Shown here: positions 1-8,411 of the stretch, piece after piece
Numbering within the stretch: position 1 is the stretch's first letter
Layout: each line of letters opens with the position of its first letter
IMG/VR virus record: IMGVR_UViG_3300028024_000008
Coordinates: 89-64,088 of that record
Strand: one strand, 5' to 3'
Length of the DNA stretch: 64,000 nt
Origin: a virus
Made by a program: the position numbers and the translations under genes
Notes under the pieces: model-generated
Seen by the model: only the letters and a program-made list of their open reading frames with translations
Database searches by the model: none
Told to the model about the DNA's origin: nothing

Positions 1-181
1 ACACGCTGGCCCACACGCTGGCCCGCACGCTGTCCCACACGCTGTCCCGCACGCTGTCCCCCACGCTGTCCCGCACGCTGTCCCCCACGCTGTCCCGCAC
101 GCTGTCCCCCACGCTGTCCCACACGCTGTCCCACACGCTGTCCCACACGCTGTCCCACACGCTGGCCCGCACGCTGTCCCC
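1..181. repeat. 12-bp coding tandem repeat (CACGCTG[T/G]CCC[A/G/C]), about 15 units, encoding (D/A)SV(W/R/G)
   Basis: Directly visible; no spacers; the same unit recurs at 63969-64000. Confidence 0.95.
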
Positions 182-433
182 TATTTCGACCTCGAGCTTC
201 TTGCGAAGCTCTCGGTCGGTCAGAATCGCGTACCAAATGGCACCAGCCATCGGTGAAGTGGAGAAAACTACCCTCGGCTTCGGCAGACCGGCAGCCTGAT
301 AGGCGAGCTCGATCGCTTTTTCCGCGCGGTCACGGTCCATCGGCTCTGTCGAAAGCCCGATCTGCGTCCATTTATCCGTCCAGACCGGCAAGAGTGCGGT
401 TTGTTCCGGTGTCAATTTTTCGATGCGAGCCAC
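1..433 (-). CDS. N-terminal part of DUF6745-like protein, running off the window start inside its repeat; absent from the ORF track
   Basis: GTG at 433 preceded by AGGAGG-like RBS. Manual translation MARIEKLTPEQTALLPVWTDKWTQIGLSTEPMDRDRAEKAIELAY...EIGDSVRASVWDSVWDSV..., open to base 1. The matching C-terminal part is at 63297-64000. Confidence 0.85.
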   Translation of the reverse strand, partial: MARIEKLTPEQTALLPVWTDKWTQIGLSTEPMDRDRAEKAIELAYQAAGLPKPRVVFSTSPMAGAIWYAILTDRELRKKLEVEIGDSVRASVWDSVWDSVWDSVWDSVGDSVRDSVGDSVRDSVGDSVRDSVWDSVRASVWASV

Positions 434-494
434 GATATCCTCCTGATAATCCGTGCGAGGACCGGCGCACCGGCCCTCTGACAGACCATCAGGA

Positions 495-830
495 TCAATC
501 GGCGACGTTGCGGATGGCCTGGGGCGAGTACTCCCGCTGGATCGTCACGTCGTAATGACCGGCGGGCAGCTGGATGGTCGCATGCTCTTCATGTTGCAGG
601 GCGGCGCCGGCCGGGTCGGCAATGCTGAGATAGGTCGCGCCGCCGTTGCCGCTATCACGGAACAGCTTGACCTTGGGATTGTGGATCGCATGGCTGTGGC
701 CGGTGACTTCACCATAGGCAAGGACAACGGCGCCCTTGTCCCGCGGCACTTCGGTGGCGACCGCGACCGGTTCGGCGCGCTCACGAATCAGCACGTCACC
801 CTGGCGGTAGAGCTTCAATTTCTTGGTCAT
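495..830 (-). CDS. Conserved phage protein (YRQGDVL...LAYGEVTGHSH), usual neighbour of DUF6745 genes
   Basis: Motifs in the ORF 495..866 translation; start chosen at MTKKLKL. Confidence 0.75.
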   Translation of the reverse strand: MTKKLKLYRQGDVLIRERAEPVAVATEVPRDKGAVVLAYGEVTGHSHAIHNPKVKLFRDSGNGGATYLSIADPAGAALQHEEHATIQLPAGHYDVTIQREYSPQAIRNVAD

Positions 831-862
831 GGTCATCTCCTCAAAAGATGGGTTGGGTGATC

Positions 863-2101
863 TCACATCACGCCGATCGAGACGGCGTGTTTCTTCAGTT
901 TCTCGAAGCGCTCGATGATCGGCTTGCTGGCCGGGTCATCAGCCTTGCGGAGGACAACCGTGAATCCTTCGTTGAAGGATTCGATGTTGTCGGAGGTCCA
1001 GATATCGTGCGGTTCCGGAAAGGTCGCGACGATGTTCTCCATCTTGTCGAGCCAGCCGGTGATGCTCGGAATCGTCTCGACGGTCGTCGTCCGGGGATCA
1101 TAGAAATCGAGGCCCTTGCCGCCCTCCGGCTGCTTTCCTTCGGCGGGGCTTTGGTGCTTTGCCGGCTCCCCGCTGCCGTCCGTGCCGGCCTCGGCGTTTG
1201 CGCCCTGCGAATCCGGACGCGCTTTATTCTTGTTTTTGTCCTCGTCTGGCCGGCCGTCGCCCTGATCGGCATCGGTGGCATCCTTACGGAATTGCGCCTG
1301 AGTCGGACGGTCGGGCGCCTGAGTCGGTGTGATCACCTCGACGCCGCCACCAAGATCGATGGTATGGCCTTCCATCTCGTCATTCGTCATCCAATCGCCG
1401 ACCTCTTCGGGGAATGCCGCGCGCAAGGCAGAGGCCTCGGCGACCTTCTCCAGCATGAAACTCGGCTTGCGGGACCATATGTCATTGGGCAGATCGGTCT
1501 TGCCCTGCCGGCCATAGCTCTCGACGAATTTCACCCGGGGGCCCGGATAGGCGCGGGGCGTGCCGGCGCGGTCGAGCCGATAGAGCGTCACCTCGCACCA
1601 GTCCGGCGCGATGACCTCGACAGTCTTTTCCGGCTGCTTGACCTTGTTGCCGTTTTCCCAGACCTCAGGAGAGCCCTTGAAGATGAATTTCTTGTCCGGG
1701 CCCCAGGTCGGCTTATCCTTGCCGGCATAATCTGCCGTCCGAAACGCGGTGGTGCGCAGCTCGCCGATGCCGGGCCAGACGGTATCGACCATGCGGCGCA
1801 GCTGGTTGGAGTAGATCGGTACGATATGGACGACGCGCTTGAAGGGGTCGAGCTTTCGCGCCCGGCAATAGCTGAGGGCCAGGAGGATGCTGTCAACCGA
1901 TGTCGCCAGCGGGTAGCAAGCATCGATCAGCGCCCGCCACATGCCTTCATTGATCTCCGGAAACTGCCGCTGCACCTCTGGATGCCAGGGCAGGCGAGGG
2001 GCCGGCAATGGCGCCAGCTGGCCCTTGCTCTGCGGCTCCTGCGCGAAGCCCTGGTCCTGCTGCTGCGGGCGTTCCTTGGTCTGTGTGTTCTGCTTAGCCA
2101 T
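863..2101 (-). CDS. bet: Phage single-strand annealing recombinase (Bet/RecT-like)
   Basis: LSYCRARKLDPFKRVVHIVP, GIGELRTTAFRT and MLEKVAEASALRAAFPEE motifs. Confidence 0.85.
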   Translation of the reverse strand: MAKQNTQTKERPQQQDQGFAQEPQSKGQLAPLPAPRLPWHPEVQRQFPEINEGMWRALIDACYPLATSVDSILLALSYCRARKLDPFKRVVHIVPIYSNQLRRMVDTVWPGIGELRTTAFRTADYAGKDKPTWGPDKKFIFKGSPEVWENGNKVKQPEKTVEVIAPDWCEVTLYRLDRAGTPRAYPGPRVKFVESYGRQGKTDLPNDIWSRKPSFMLEKVAEASALRAAFPEEVGDWMTNDEMEGHTIDLGGGVEVITPTQAPDRPTQAQFRKDATDADQGDGRPDEDKNKNKARPDSQGANAEAGTDGSGEPAKHQSPAEGKQPEGGKGLDFYDPRTTTVETIPSITGWLDKMENIVATFPEPHDIWTSDNIESFNEGFTVVLRKADDPASKPIIERFEKLKKHAVSIGVM

Positions 2102-2145
2102 GCTGGCTTTCCCCGGATGATGGATGGTGAAATATCGAACTGGCG

Positions 2146-2493
2146 TTAGGTGGTGGCGTCGGTCCTACGGAAGCCGCTGCAGCTGCCGTCACCTTCGATC
2201 ACGGCGACAATCGGGCCCCACCCTTTGTGAGGGCCTTCGCTGAAGATGCCGCAGAAGCCATTAATGACGCCGAGAAAACCGACGACGGGCTGGTTATCAG
2301 CGAAGTTCGCTTCATAGGCCCCGGGAGCGCTCTTGAGATCGCCCCAGATACCAGCCTGCACAGTCGGATGACCGAGGACGTCAAGGTTGCATGGCACCCT
2401 GGCTGCGACCAGCTTGCCCATGCCGACTGGATCGAGCTTGGCCAAGGTGTCCAGGAAGGTGACGAGGTCGTCCGTTGCGGGATGAATTGCCAT
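2146..2493 (-). CDS. Hypothetical phage protein
   Basis: 115-aa ORF tightly packed in the operon. Confidence 0.65.
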   Translation of the reverse strand: MAIHPATDDLVTFLDTLAKLDPVGMGKLVAARVPCNLDVLGHPTVQAGIWGDLKSAPGAYEANFADNQPVVGFLGVINGFCGIFSEGPHKGWGPIVAVIEGDGSCSGFRRTDATT

Positions 2494-2504
2494 CGTGAGA
2501 CTCC

Positions 2505-3713
2505 TTAGCGGACGACCGTATTGACGTCCTCGAAGATGATGACGCCGGCCAGTTCGCGGCCATCGGCGTCGACGTAAGAGCGGATCGCGCGCTCCAGCGC
2601 CGCCTGGTCGAAATGCTGCGCCAGCTTCAGGATGTCACCGCGCAATGCGGCCATATCGGTGATCTGGAAATCCCAGTCGGTGCGGAGAGATGCCGTGGCG
2701 CCGTGATCGCCGCGGACCTGGCCGAATTCATGGGGCTTCGCCTCGATGACGCGGGTTTCCTTGACGATCGCCGCCGTCTCGCGCTCAGAAGCCTGCACGA
2801 CGCGGGCGTCGGCCTTTTCGACCTTCTTGGCGCCGGCTTCTTCGGCCAATTTGATCCGGGCGGCATTCCGTTCTTCCTGCTCCAGGCGCTGGCGCTCCAG
2901 CCGGGTCTGTTCCTCGGCCGCCGCCAGCCGCTCGCGCTCAGCCTTCAGCCGATCGGCCTCGGCAGCTTTGCGCTGGCGCTCGGCAGCTTCCTCGGCTTCC
3001 TTGGCCGCCTTGACCGCGGCATCGCGCTTGCGGCCCGCCTCGGCGGCCTCCTCGATCGCTTTGCGGCGGTCTTCCTCGGCCCTGGCCCGGGCCTGCTCAG
3101 CCTCCTGCCGCTGGCGCTCGGCCGCTGCCGCCCGCTCCTTGGCCTCACGTTCCAATGCCTCGGCCTGGCGCTGGCGCTCCTCGGTCTCGCGGCGCTGCGC
3201 ATCGGCCTTTTCACGGGCTTCACGGGCGATGCGCTCGGCTTCCTCGCGCGCCGCCGCCGCTTTGGCTTCCTCTTCCTTGCGCAGCCGCTCGGCCTCTTCG
3301 CGCTTTTTACGGGCCTCTTCCTCGGCGAGTTTGCGCTTGCGGTCGGCCTCCTTCTCCTGAAAGACCTGCAGGCGGCTCTCGACCGTCTCCTTGTCCTTTT
3401 TCAAAAGATTGATCGGCTTCATGAAAAGGTTCTGCACGGCGGCGGCGGCGTTATCATGCGGCGCCTTCTCCGCGGCGCGGGTGGTGTTGAGATCCTTGAC
3501 GCCGTAACCGATCTGCTTGGCGAAATCGGCCGCCTTGCGGGCCGTCTCCTCGTCATCGATCGTCTCCGGCACCGCGCCCATGCCGGCATGCAGATCATTC
3601 GCCCGCTTGAACAGGAAATCGTGCTTTTCCTGCAGGTTGTCGACGATCTGCTGTTCAGCGGAAACGACGGCAATATTGGTGAGATCCGGGATCTCGGCGA
3701 CGGCAACGCTCAT
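2505..3713 (-). CDS. Coiled-coil protein next to the recombinase
   Basis: Long E/A/R/K-rich helical middle with globular ends; stop/start overlap with the upstream gene. Confidence 0.8.
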   Translation of the reverse strand: MSVAVAEIPDLTNIAVVSAEQQIVDNLQEKHDFLFKRANDLHAGMGAVPETIDDEETARKAADFAKQIGYGVKDLNTTRAAEKAPHDNAAAAVQNLFMKPINLLKKDKETVESRLQVFQEKEADRKRKLAEEEARKKREEAERLRKEEEAKAAAAREEAERIAREAREKADAQRRETEERQRQAEALEREAKERAAAAERQRQEAEQARARAEEDRRKAIEEAAEAGRKRDAAVKAAKEAEEAAERQRKAAEADRLKAERERLAAAEEQTRLERQRLEQEERNAARIKLAEEAGAKKVEKADARVVQASERETAAIVKETRVIEAKPHEFGQVRGDHGATASLRTDWDFQITDMAALRGDILKLAQHFDQAALERAIRSYVDADGRELAGVIIFEDVNTVVR

Positions 3714-4075
3714 TTACGTGAACCTCCAAAGATAGGCGGCATCTGCCGCAGGTCGACGGGTTTGCGGGGATTGGCTTCCGGCTCGTCGGGGGCATGCTTG
3801 GCAGCCCATTGCCGCAACGCGCAGCGCCAATTGTATTCGGCCTCCGGGGTCGGCTCGCCGGCACACCAGGGCCAGACCTTCTCGATCGGCACCTCTTCAT
3901 CGCCGAGCAGGGCATGAAAGGACGGCGACCGATCCAGCAGCTCGCCGGTGTCAGGGTCGCGCGACGGCCGGAACTCGATCTTCACCGGGACCCACGGGCC
4001 GCGCTTTATAAGGCGCATCTTGTAGAGCCCTGGCGTCGGCGTGCTGATATCGTGGGAATCGCGGAGATCAAGCAT
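3710..4075 (-). CDS. Hypothetical phage protein (PGLYKMRLIKRGPWVPVKI)
   Basis: Part of ORF 3710..4186; ATG 4075 overlaps the upstream stop. Confidence 0.65.
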   Translation of the reverse strand: MLDLRDSHDISTPTPGLYKMRLIKRGPWVPVKIEFRPSRDPDTGELLDRSPSFHALLGDEEVPIEKVWPWCAGEPTPEAEYNWRCALRQWAAKHAPDEPEANPRKPVDLRQMPPIFGGSRK

Positions 4076-4253
4076 TCCGTTTGCGCTTCCCAGAACGTTC
4101 GGCGGCGCGGCGGCTGGCCTCGGTCTCGGCGATGACCTGTTCGACACCTTCGCGGTAGATGCGGAAGTTGCCAAGATGTTGGTCACACCAGGCCATTTGC
4201 TTCGGGCCGAGACCGCGCGGCTTGCCGGCCGGCTTCAGGGCGACGGCTACCAT
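4068..4253 (-). CDS. Small hypothetical protein
   Basis: 3' part of ORF 4068..4385; tiles between neighbours. Confidence 0.45.
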   Translation of the reverse strand: MVAVALKPAGKPRGLGPKQMAWCDQHLGNFRIYREGVEQVIAETEASRRAAERSGKRKRNA

Positions 4254-4369
4254 GCCAGCACCCATGACCAGGCGATATAGACGCCGAGACCGGCGGCCAG
4301 GATGACGAATTGCGCAAGGCCGCCCCAGGTCAGGGCATGGGCTACTGCGTTGCGTGTATCGCGTTTCAA
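4247..4369 (-). CDS. 40-aa single-TM peptide (TTG start)
   Basis: Manual translation LKRDTRNAVAHALTWGGLAQFVILAAGLGVYIAWSWVLAW; TTGA overlap with the upstream stop; GGAG RBS. Confidence 0.5.
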   Translation of the reverse strand: MKRDTRNAVAHALTWGGLAQFVILAAGLGVYIAWSWVLAW

Positions 4370-4590
4370 GCTGCGTCTCCATCATTAGGGGCTGGACTGA
4401 AACGAATCGTCTCGCCTCGAAGGGCGAGGGCGTGCCGGCTGTTCTGCCGCAGGCGAAAGCTCGGGCCGATATCGACCAGGCGCCAGAGCTTCTCCTTGTG
4501 CTGGCGATGCGCGGTAAGCTCGACGATCGGCTGTGCCAGCTCGGAGCTGGCCTGCCAATAGGCGCGCGTCTTTTCCTCGAGATAGCTCAT
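4366..4590 (-). CDS. Hypothetical protein
   Basis: ATGA coupling on the upstream side. Confidence 0.55.
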   Translation of the reverse strand: MSYLEEKTRAYWQASSELAQPIVELTAHRQHKEKLWRLVDIGPSFRLRQNSRHALALRGETIRFSPAPNDGDAA

Positions 4591-4925
4591 GCGATCACCG
4601 TCGATGCGTCCCACTCGGCGCGGATGGCTTCGGCGACCATCTTCTCGGCGAGGCGCAGATCACCTCGCTCCATAGCCTCGAAATGCGCGGTGCCGTCGAG
4701 GCGATTGAAACGAGCGCGTTCGATCACGTCAGATGGACAATTCTGGCCAATGAGCACAAACCAATGATGGCCACCGAATTGGTCCTCCGCGCGCTTGATC
4801 GTGACAAGTGGCTCTACAATTGGCCTCACATGCATGATCGATGAGGCCCGCACGATCGACGGCGCAACGATCAGCCCAGCGGCCATGCGCAGCAACTGAC
4901 GGCGAGGAAGGACGAGACCGGTCAT
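4587..4925 (-). CDS. Hypothetical protein with RR-containing hydrophobic N-terminus (PRRQLLRMAAGLIVAPSIVRASSIM)
   Basis: ATGA coupling; N-terminus typical of alphaproteobacterial phage ORFs. Confidence 0.6.
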   Translation of the reverse strand: MTGLVLPRRQLLRMAAGLIVAPSIVRASSIMHVRPIVEPLVTIKRAEDQFGGHHWFVLIGQNCPSDVIERARFNRLDGTAHFEAMERGDLRLAEKMVAEAIRAEWDASTVIA

Positions 4926-5164
4926 ATGCCGGCACCCGCGTAGAGCGCCAAGGCGGGCGGCGTCATGCCGATGACAAAGCCCTCGGCATCGGTCTGATCG
5001 GCAAGATAGCTCCACCAGCTGCGGACCCGGATCGCCAGCTGGCGCTCGCCGCAGACGTCCTCGACGGCATGGACGACATAAAGACCCTGCGGCGTATGGC
5101 TGAAGCCCTCCGCCATCATGATCTGATCGCCGGGCGTCAGGTCTTCGAGCTTGATCTGCCGCAT
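4922..5164 (-). CDS. Small protein, paralog of 5166-5405
   Basis: IKLEDLTPGDQIMMAEGFS...YVVHAVE...LADQTDAEGFVIGM. Confidence 0.7.
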   Translation of the reverse strand: MRQIKLEDLTPGDQIMMAEGFSHTPQGLYVVHAVEDVCGERQLAIRVRSWWSYLADQTDAEGFVIGMTPPALALYAGAGI

Positions 5165-5165
5165 C

Positions 5166-5405
5166 TCAGTGCACCTGCATGCCGGCGGCACGCGTCAGGC
5201 CGATGAGATAGCCGTCATCGCCCTCCTGGCCAGCGAGGTCATGCCAGCCCGAGGCGCATTTGATGGCGTAATACGGCGTACCGTCGCGGCCTTCGACTTC
5301 ATAGACGGTATGAACGCCGCCTTCGATGCGGGTGAAGCCGTTATCGGCGACCAGCTGGTCGCCCGGCTTGAGATCATTGAGCTTGACGCGCGAGATAGTA
5401 CTCAT
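5166..5405 (-). CDS. Small protein, paralog of 4922-5164
   Basis: VKLNDLKPGDQLVADNGFT...HTVYEVE...LAGQEGDDGYLIGL. Confidence 0.7.
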   Translation of the reverse strand: MSTISRVKLNDLKPGDQLVADNGFTRIEGGVHTVYEVEGRDGTPYYAIKCASGWHDLAGQEGDDGYLIGLTRAAGMQVH

Positions 5406-5545
5406 CCGAACACCTCTCTTAGCAGTGCCAGCGCGCCGAACACGCTGACGAAGAAGGCCACCAGCAGCCAAAAGTAGAAGGGCGCCGCACTCGGCCGCGC
5501 GGCATTCTCATTGGCGGGTTTACGGACGCCGATCTCATCCATCAT
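5402..5545 (-). CDS. 47-aa single-TM peptide
   Basis: Manual translation MMDEIGVRKPANENAARPSAAPFYFWLLVAFFVSVFGALALLRGVFG; ATGA overlaps at both ends. Confidence 0.6.
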   Translation of the reverse strand: MMDEIGVRKPANENAARPSAAPFYFWLLVAFFVSVFGALALLREVFG

Positions 5546-5679
5546 CGACCGCCCAGCACGAAGATCTTCAAGGCGAGCCACGTCGCGTCGAGGAAGAACG
5601 ACCCGACCATGATGCGGAAGATGAAGGCGAGGCCGGGATTGTGGATCGGTGCCCAGAGCCAGTTGACAAGACGCAGCAT
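5542..5679 (-). CDS. 45-aa hydrophobic peptide
   Basis: Manual translation MLRLVNWLWAPIHNPGLAFIFRIMVGSFFLDATWLALKIFVLGGR; starts directly after the sigma factor stop. Confidence 0.55.
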   Translation of the reverse strand: MLRLVNWLWAPIHNPGLAFIFRIMVGSFFLDATWLALKIFVLGGR

Positions 5680-6165
5680 TCAGCAGCCCTCCGCCCAGGC
5701 CATCAAATCGCTGCGCGTGCGGGAAATGCGCGATCGCACGGTCCCGACCGGCACCTGTTGGATCTCAGCAATCGTCTCGTATTTCTCGCCCTCACCGGCC
5801 AGATAGAATGCGACACGGCGTTCCATGGGAAACCTGGCCGAGCCAGCCATAATCTCGCTGACGAAGACCGCATCTTCCTGCCGGGCCGGAGAGATGACGG
5901 CTGCTGGCGACAGATCCGGATCAAGTTGGACGGTCGGCCGACGCGCTGCCTTGCGGCTATCGTTGATGAAGCCGTTCTTCAGGATGACAAAGAGCCATGC
6001 AGCGAGGTTGGTCCCGGGCTTGAATGATTCCTCATGGCGGAGCGCCCGCTCGAGTGTGTCCTGCAGCAGATCCTCAGCGGCGGACCGGTTGCGGGTAAGC
6101 TTCATCGCCGCCGCGAACAGCATCGGCATGGCGGCGAGCAGCCCGTCGTTGAAGGGCGCGGTCAT
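5680..6165 (-). CDS. ECF-type RNA polymerase sigma factor (EcfG/SigT-like)
   Basis: Region 2 AEDLLQDTLERAL...FKPGTNLAAWLFVILKNGFIN; region 4 YETIAEIQQVPVGTVRSRISRTR. Confidence 0.9.
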   Translation of the reverse strand: MTAPFNDGLLAAMPMLFAAAMKLTRNRSAAEDLLQDTLERALRHEESFKPGTNLAAWLFVILKNGFINDSRKAARRPTVQLDPDLSPAAVISPARQEDAVFVSEIMAGSARFPMERRVAFYLAGEGEKYETIAEIQQVPVGTVRSRISRTRSDLMAWAEGC

Positions 6166-6557
6166 AGGCCACCCGCCCGCGCGGTGGCCCGCTGGATCTG
6201 CGAGAGCAGGGCGGGGATGCCTTCCTGCAGCGCGTTATCCTCGAAGCCGGAGATGAAGCTTTCTGCCGCCTGCAGCGCCCTCAGCATCTCCGCCTCGATC
6301 GGCCGATCGGCCTCCGTCACCGGTTCGGCGACGGCCTCGCGCAAGGTCTGCTCGGCCTCGGCGATGAAGGAAGCATTACTGGCACCGCCGATCTGCCGAA
6401 GCCGGTCGGTCAGGTTTTCGAGGGTGCGATAGAGCTGCTCGCCGTGGCCGCGAACGCGCCGCGCCAGCTCGGCATCCTTGGCGCGGGCTGCGATCATCTC
6501 GGCCTGCGGGATCTTGCCGTCATAGGAGGAATGGAGGCAGTCGACATAGCTGATCAT
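6162..6557 (-). CDS. Hypothetical protein
   Basis: ATGA-coupled ORF. Confidence 0.6.
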   Translation of the reverse strand: MISYVDCLHSSYDGKIPQAEMIAARAKDAELARRVRGHGEQLYRTLENLTDRLRQIGGASNASFIAEAEQTLREAVAEPVTEADRPIEAEMLRALQAAESFISGFEDNALQEGIPALLSQIQRATARAGGL

Positions 6558-6757
6558 GCAGCCACCTCGGGCTTGAGCGCCTGCGCGGTGACGACGGCAT
6601 CGCTCAGGATCTTGATAAGCTGCAGGGCATCCGGAACGTCGAGAAAGATCGTGAGATCTCGGCTAGCGGTAAGCTGGATGCGCGGCTCGCCCTGCCGGTT
6701 GAGATAGGTCTTCGCCTCGGTGATGCGCCCTTCGGCGCTCGTCATTGCGCTAATCAT
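6554..6757 (-). CDS. Hypothetical protein
   Basis: ATGA-coupled ORF. Confidence 0.55.
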   Translation of the reverse strand: MISAMTSAEGRITEAKTYLNRQGEPRIQLTASRDLTIFLDVPDALQLIKILSDAVVTAQALKPEVAA

Positions 6758-6981
6758 GCGACGGCTCCCGCGGCTTCGACCCGCGCCAGGCGCTGCGCCT
6801 CGAGCCGGCGCGCCGCTTCCAGGGCCCGCGGCAGCTCATGCAGCAGGTTGGCGGTCTCTTCGATGCTGAGATGAAGCGCGAAGTGCCCGAGGCTTTCGAG
6901 CGCGACGCTGGCCGGCGATTGGAGGATCTGGCTGGCCCGGGCCATGACCGGCCCCGTTGTCTGGGTGGTGCAAGTCGCCAT
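6754..6981 (-). CDS. First gene of the PL operon, hypothetical
   Basis: GGAGGG RBS upstream; ATGA-coupled downstream. Confidence 0.6.
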   Translation of the reverse strand: MATCTTQTTGPVMARASQILQSPASVALESLGHFALHLSIEETANLLHELPRALEAARRLEAQRLARVEAAGAVA

Positions 6982-7122
6982 TTTCCCGTTTCCCTCCCCC
7001 GTCCCTGTCCCCAGGGACCCCGGCGCGGGGGATGGACGCGCCGGGGCTGGGGACTTCAGTTCATGGTGACCTCGGGGGTAAGGCTGGTTTCCATGAAGCC
7101 GGCGCTTGACCGCCGGTGACCA

Positions 7123-7176
7123 ACAGTCGCGTCAAATCGCGATCCAGTCAAGCGAGAAATCGCGACATAACGCGAT
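7123..7176 (-). promoter_or_regulatory. PL promoter with two repressor operators (OL)
   Basis: Minus strand TTGACT(7151-7146)-17 bp-GACTGT(7128-7123); palindromes GTCGCG-N6-CGCGAT (7126-7143) and ATCGCG-N6-CGCGAT (7159-7176). Confidence 0.8.
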
Positions 7177-7350
7177 ATAGGGGAGGCGCGAGGCGGCCAA
7201 GGGACAGGAAACGGTGCTCAATTCCCTGTGATAAAAGGGGAATGGCGCGCGCCATCGGCGCGAAAAATTTTCGCCACTCGCGCCTTTTCGCGCTCAGAGA
7301 AGGGGAAATAGGCGGGACGGGGAGCTCAACTCTCTCTCCGCCCCGGCACC

Positions 7351-8319
7351 TCAAATCATGCGGAGATCGGTGATCTTATAGATGCCCACGACTTTCGCGC
7401 GGTCGATCTTGACAGATTGTTCGGGGTTCAATTGGAGCAATTCGACATAGGTGTCCGTCTTGCGGACGAATTGCTTCACGATGGCCAGATGATCCTGCAG
7501 CTCGACGACGACATCGTCGCCCGCTCGCGCCGGCAGCCTCGGATCAAGGATAACCGTCTCGCCAGGCCGAAACCTTGGCAGCATGCTTTCGAAGGCAACG
7601 AGCAAACCTGCCGCTTTCTCGACGCCGGCTAGGCGCGCTGGCCGTTCGACATACATGACAGGATTTTGATAATCGATCTCCGCACCGTCGAAACTGCCCT
7701 TCACCGAGCCGAAGACCGGCAGATCGTTGGTGGCCATGTCCACCTCTCTCGTCAGGGTTAGATCAAAGTCTCCCCTGCGCATAATATGCTGAAATATATC
7801 AGATTTTGACGAACTCCGTTCCATCGTATCCACATCCCCAAGATCTTGTTTGCGAAGATCAGAGGGCTCCAGGCCTAATAGACCGGCAAGTTTAATTCCC
7901 TCCTCTTCGGGTAGGACTGTGGACATGGAATTATTAATATATTCTCGCAAATAGGTTTCATGTCTCCCAATGCCGAGAGACAGGGTGTCGAGCTCGTAGC
8001 CGAGTGCCTCGGCTCGATCGGCGATCAATTTTCCTACGGCACTGGGCGGCATTGGCTGCGGCGCGCCATCGGCTGGCGCATCTTCGCCGAGCAATACATG
8101 CATCGGCACACCCTCGGACCTCGACAGCTTGTCATAGGTCTCCACCTGCATGCTCAGGGTTTTGCCCTTGAGGAAGTCCCGAACAGTCGACGCAGAGACC
8201 TTAGCCCGGACGCAAATAGCATTCTGGGAACCCCTTCCCGCCTTTCGCTGGACGGCGAAGAATTTCTTCAGGGCCAATCTGCGCTCTATCGCGCTAATTC
8301 CTCGATTCTTTTCGGGCAT
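7351..8319 (-). CDS. cI: CI-like repressor: two HTH domains plus C-terminal S24 peptidase
   Basis: LLVAFESMLPRFRPGETVILDP...GDDVVV...IVKQFV...VELLQLNP S24 signature; divergent from cro. Confidence 0.9.
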   Translation of the reverse strand: MPEKNRGISAIERRLALKKFFAVQRKAGRGSQNAICVRAKVSASTVRDFLKGKTLSMQVETYDKLSRSEGVPMHVLLGEDAPADGAPQPMPPSAVGKLIADRAEALGYELDTLSLGIGRHETYLREYINNSMSTVLPEEEGIKLAGLLGLEPSDLRKQDLGDVDTMERSSSKSDIFQHIMRRGDFDLTLTREVDMATNDLPVFGSVKGSFDGAEIDYQNPVMYVERPARLAGVEKAAGLLVAFESMLPRFRPGETVILDPRLPARAGDDVVVELQDHLAIVKQFVRKTDTYVELLQLNPEQSVKIDRAKVVGIYKITDLRMI

Positions 8320-8411
8320 GTCGCATTTTAACGTGGTTCGCGCTTTATCGCGTGCGCGAAGTAACGCGATTTAATTTGACAGCATCGCGATATGACGCGA
8401 TTATGCGGGTC
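8320..8411. promoter_or_regulatory. PRM/PR switch with three operators (OR)
   Basis: PR TTGACA(8376-8381)-17 bp-GATTAT(8399-8404); minus-strand TAAAAT at 8330-8325; operators at 8337-8354, 8353-8370 and 8384-8401 match ATCGCG-N6-CGCGAT. Confidence 0.8.

Noticed and set aside
1-181. Possible CRISPR array
   Set aside because: Units are contiguous 12-mers without spacers, lie in a reading frame, and no cas genes are present
8325-8385. CtrA boxes in the immunity region
   Set aside because: Only isolated TTAA half-sites; no TTAA-N7-TTAA
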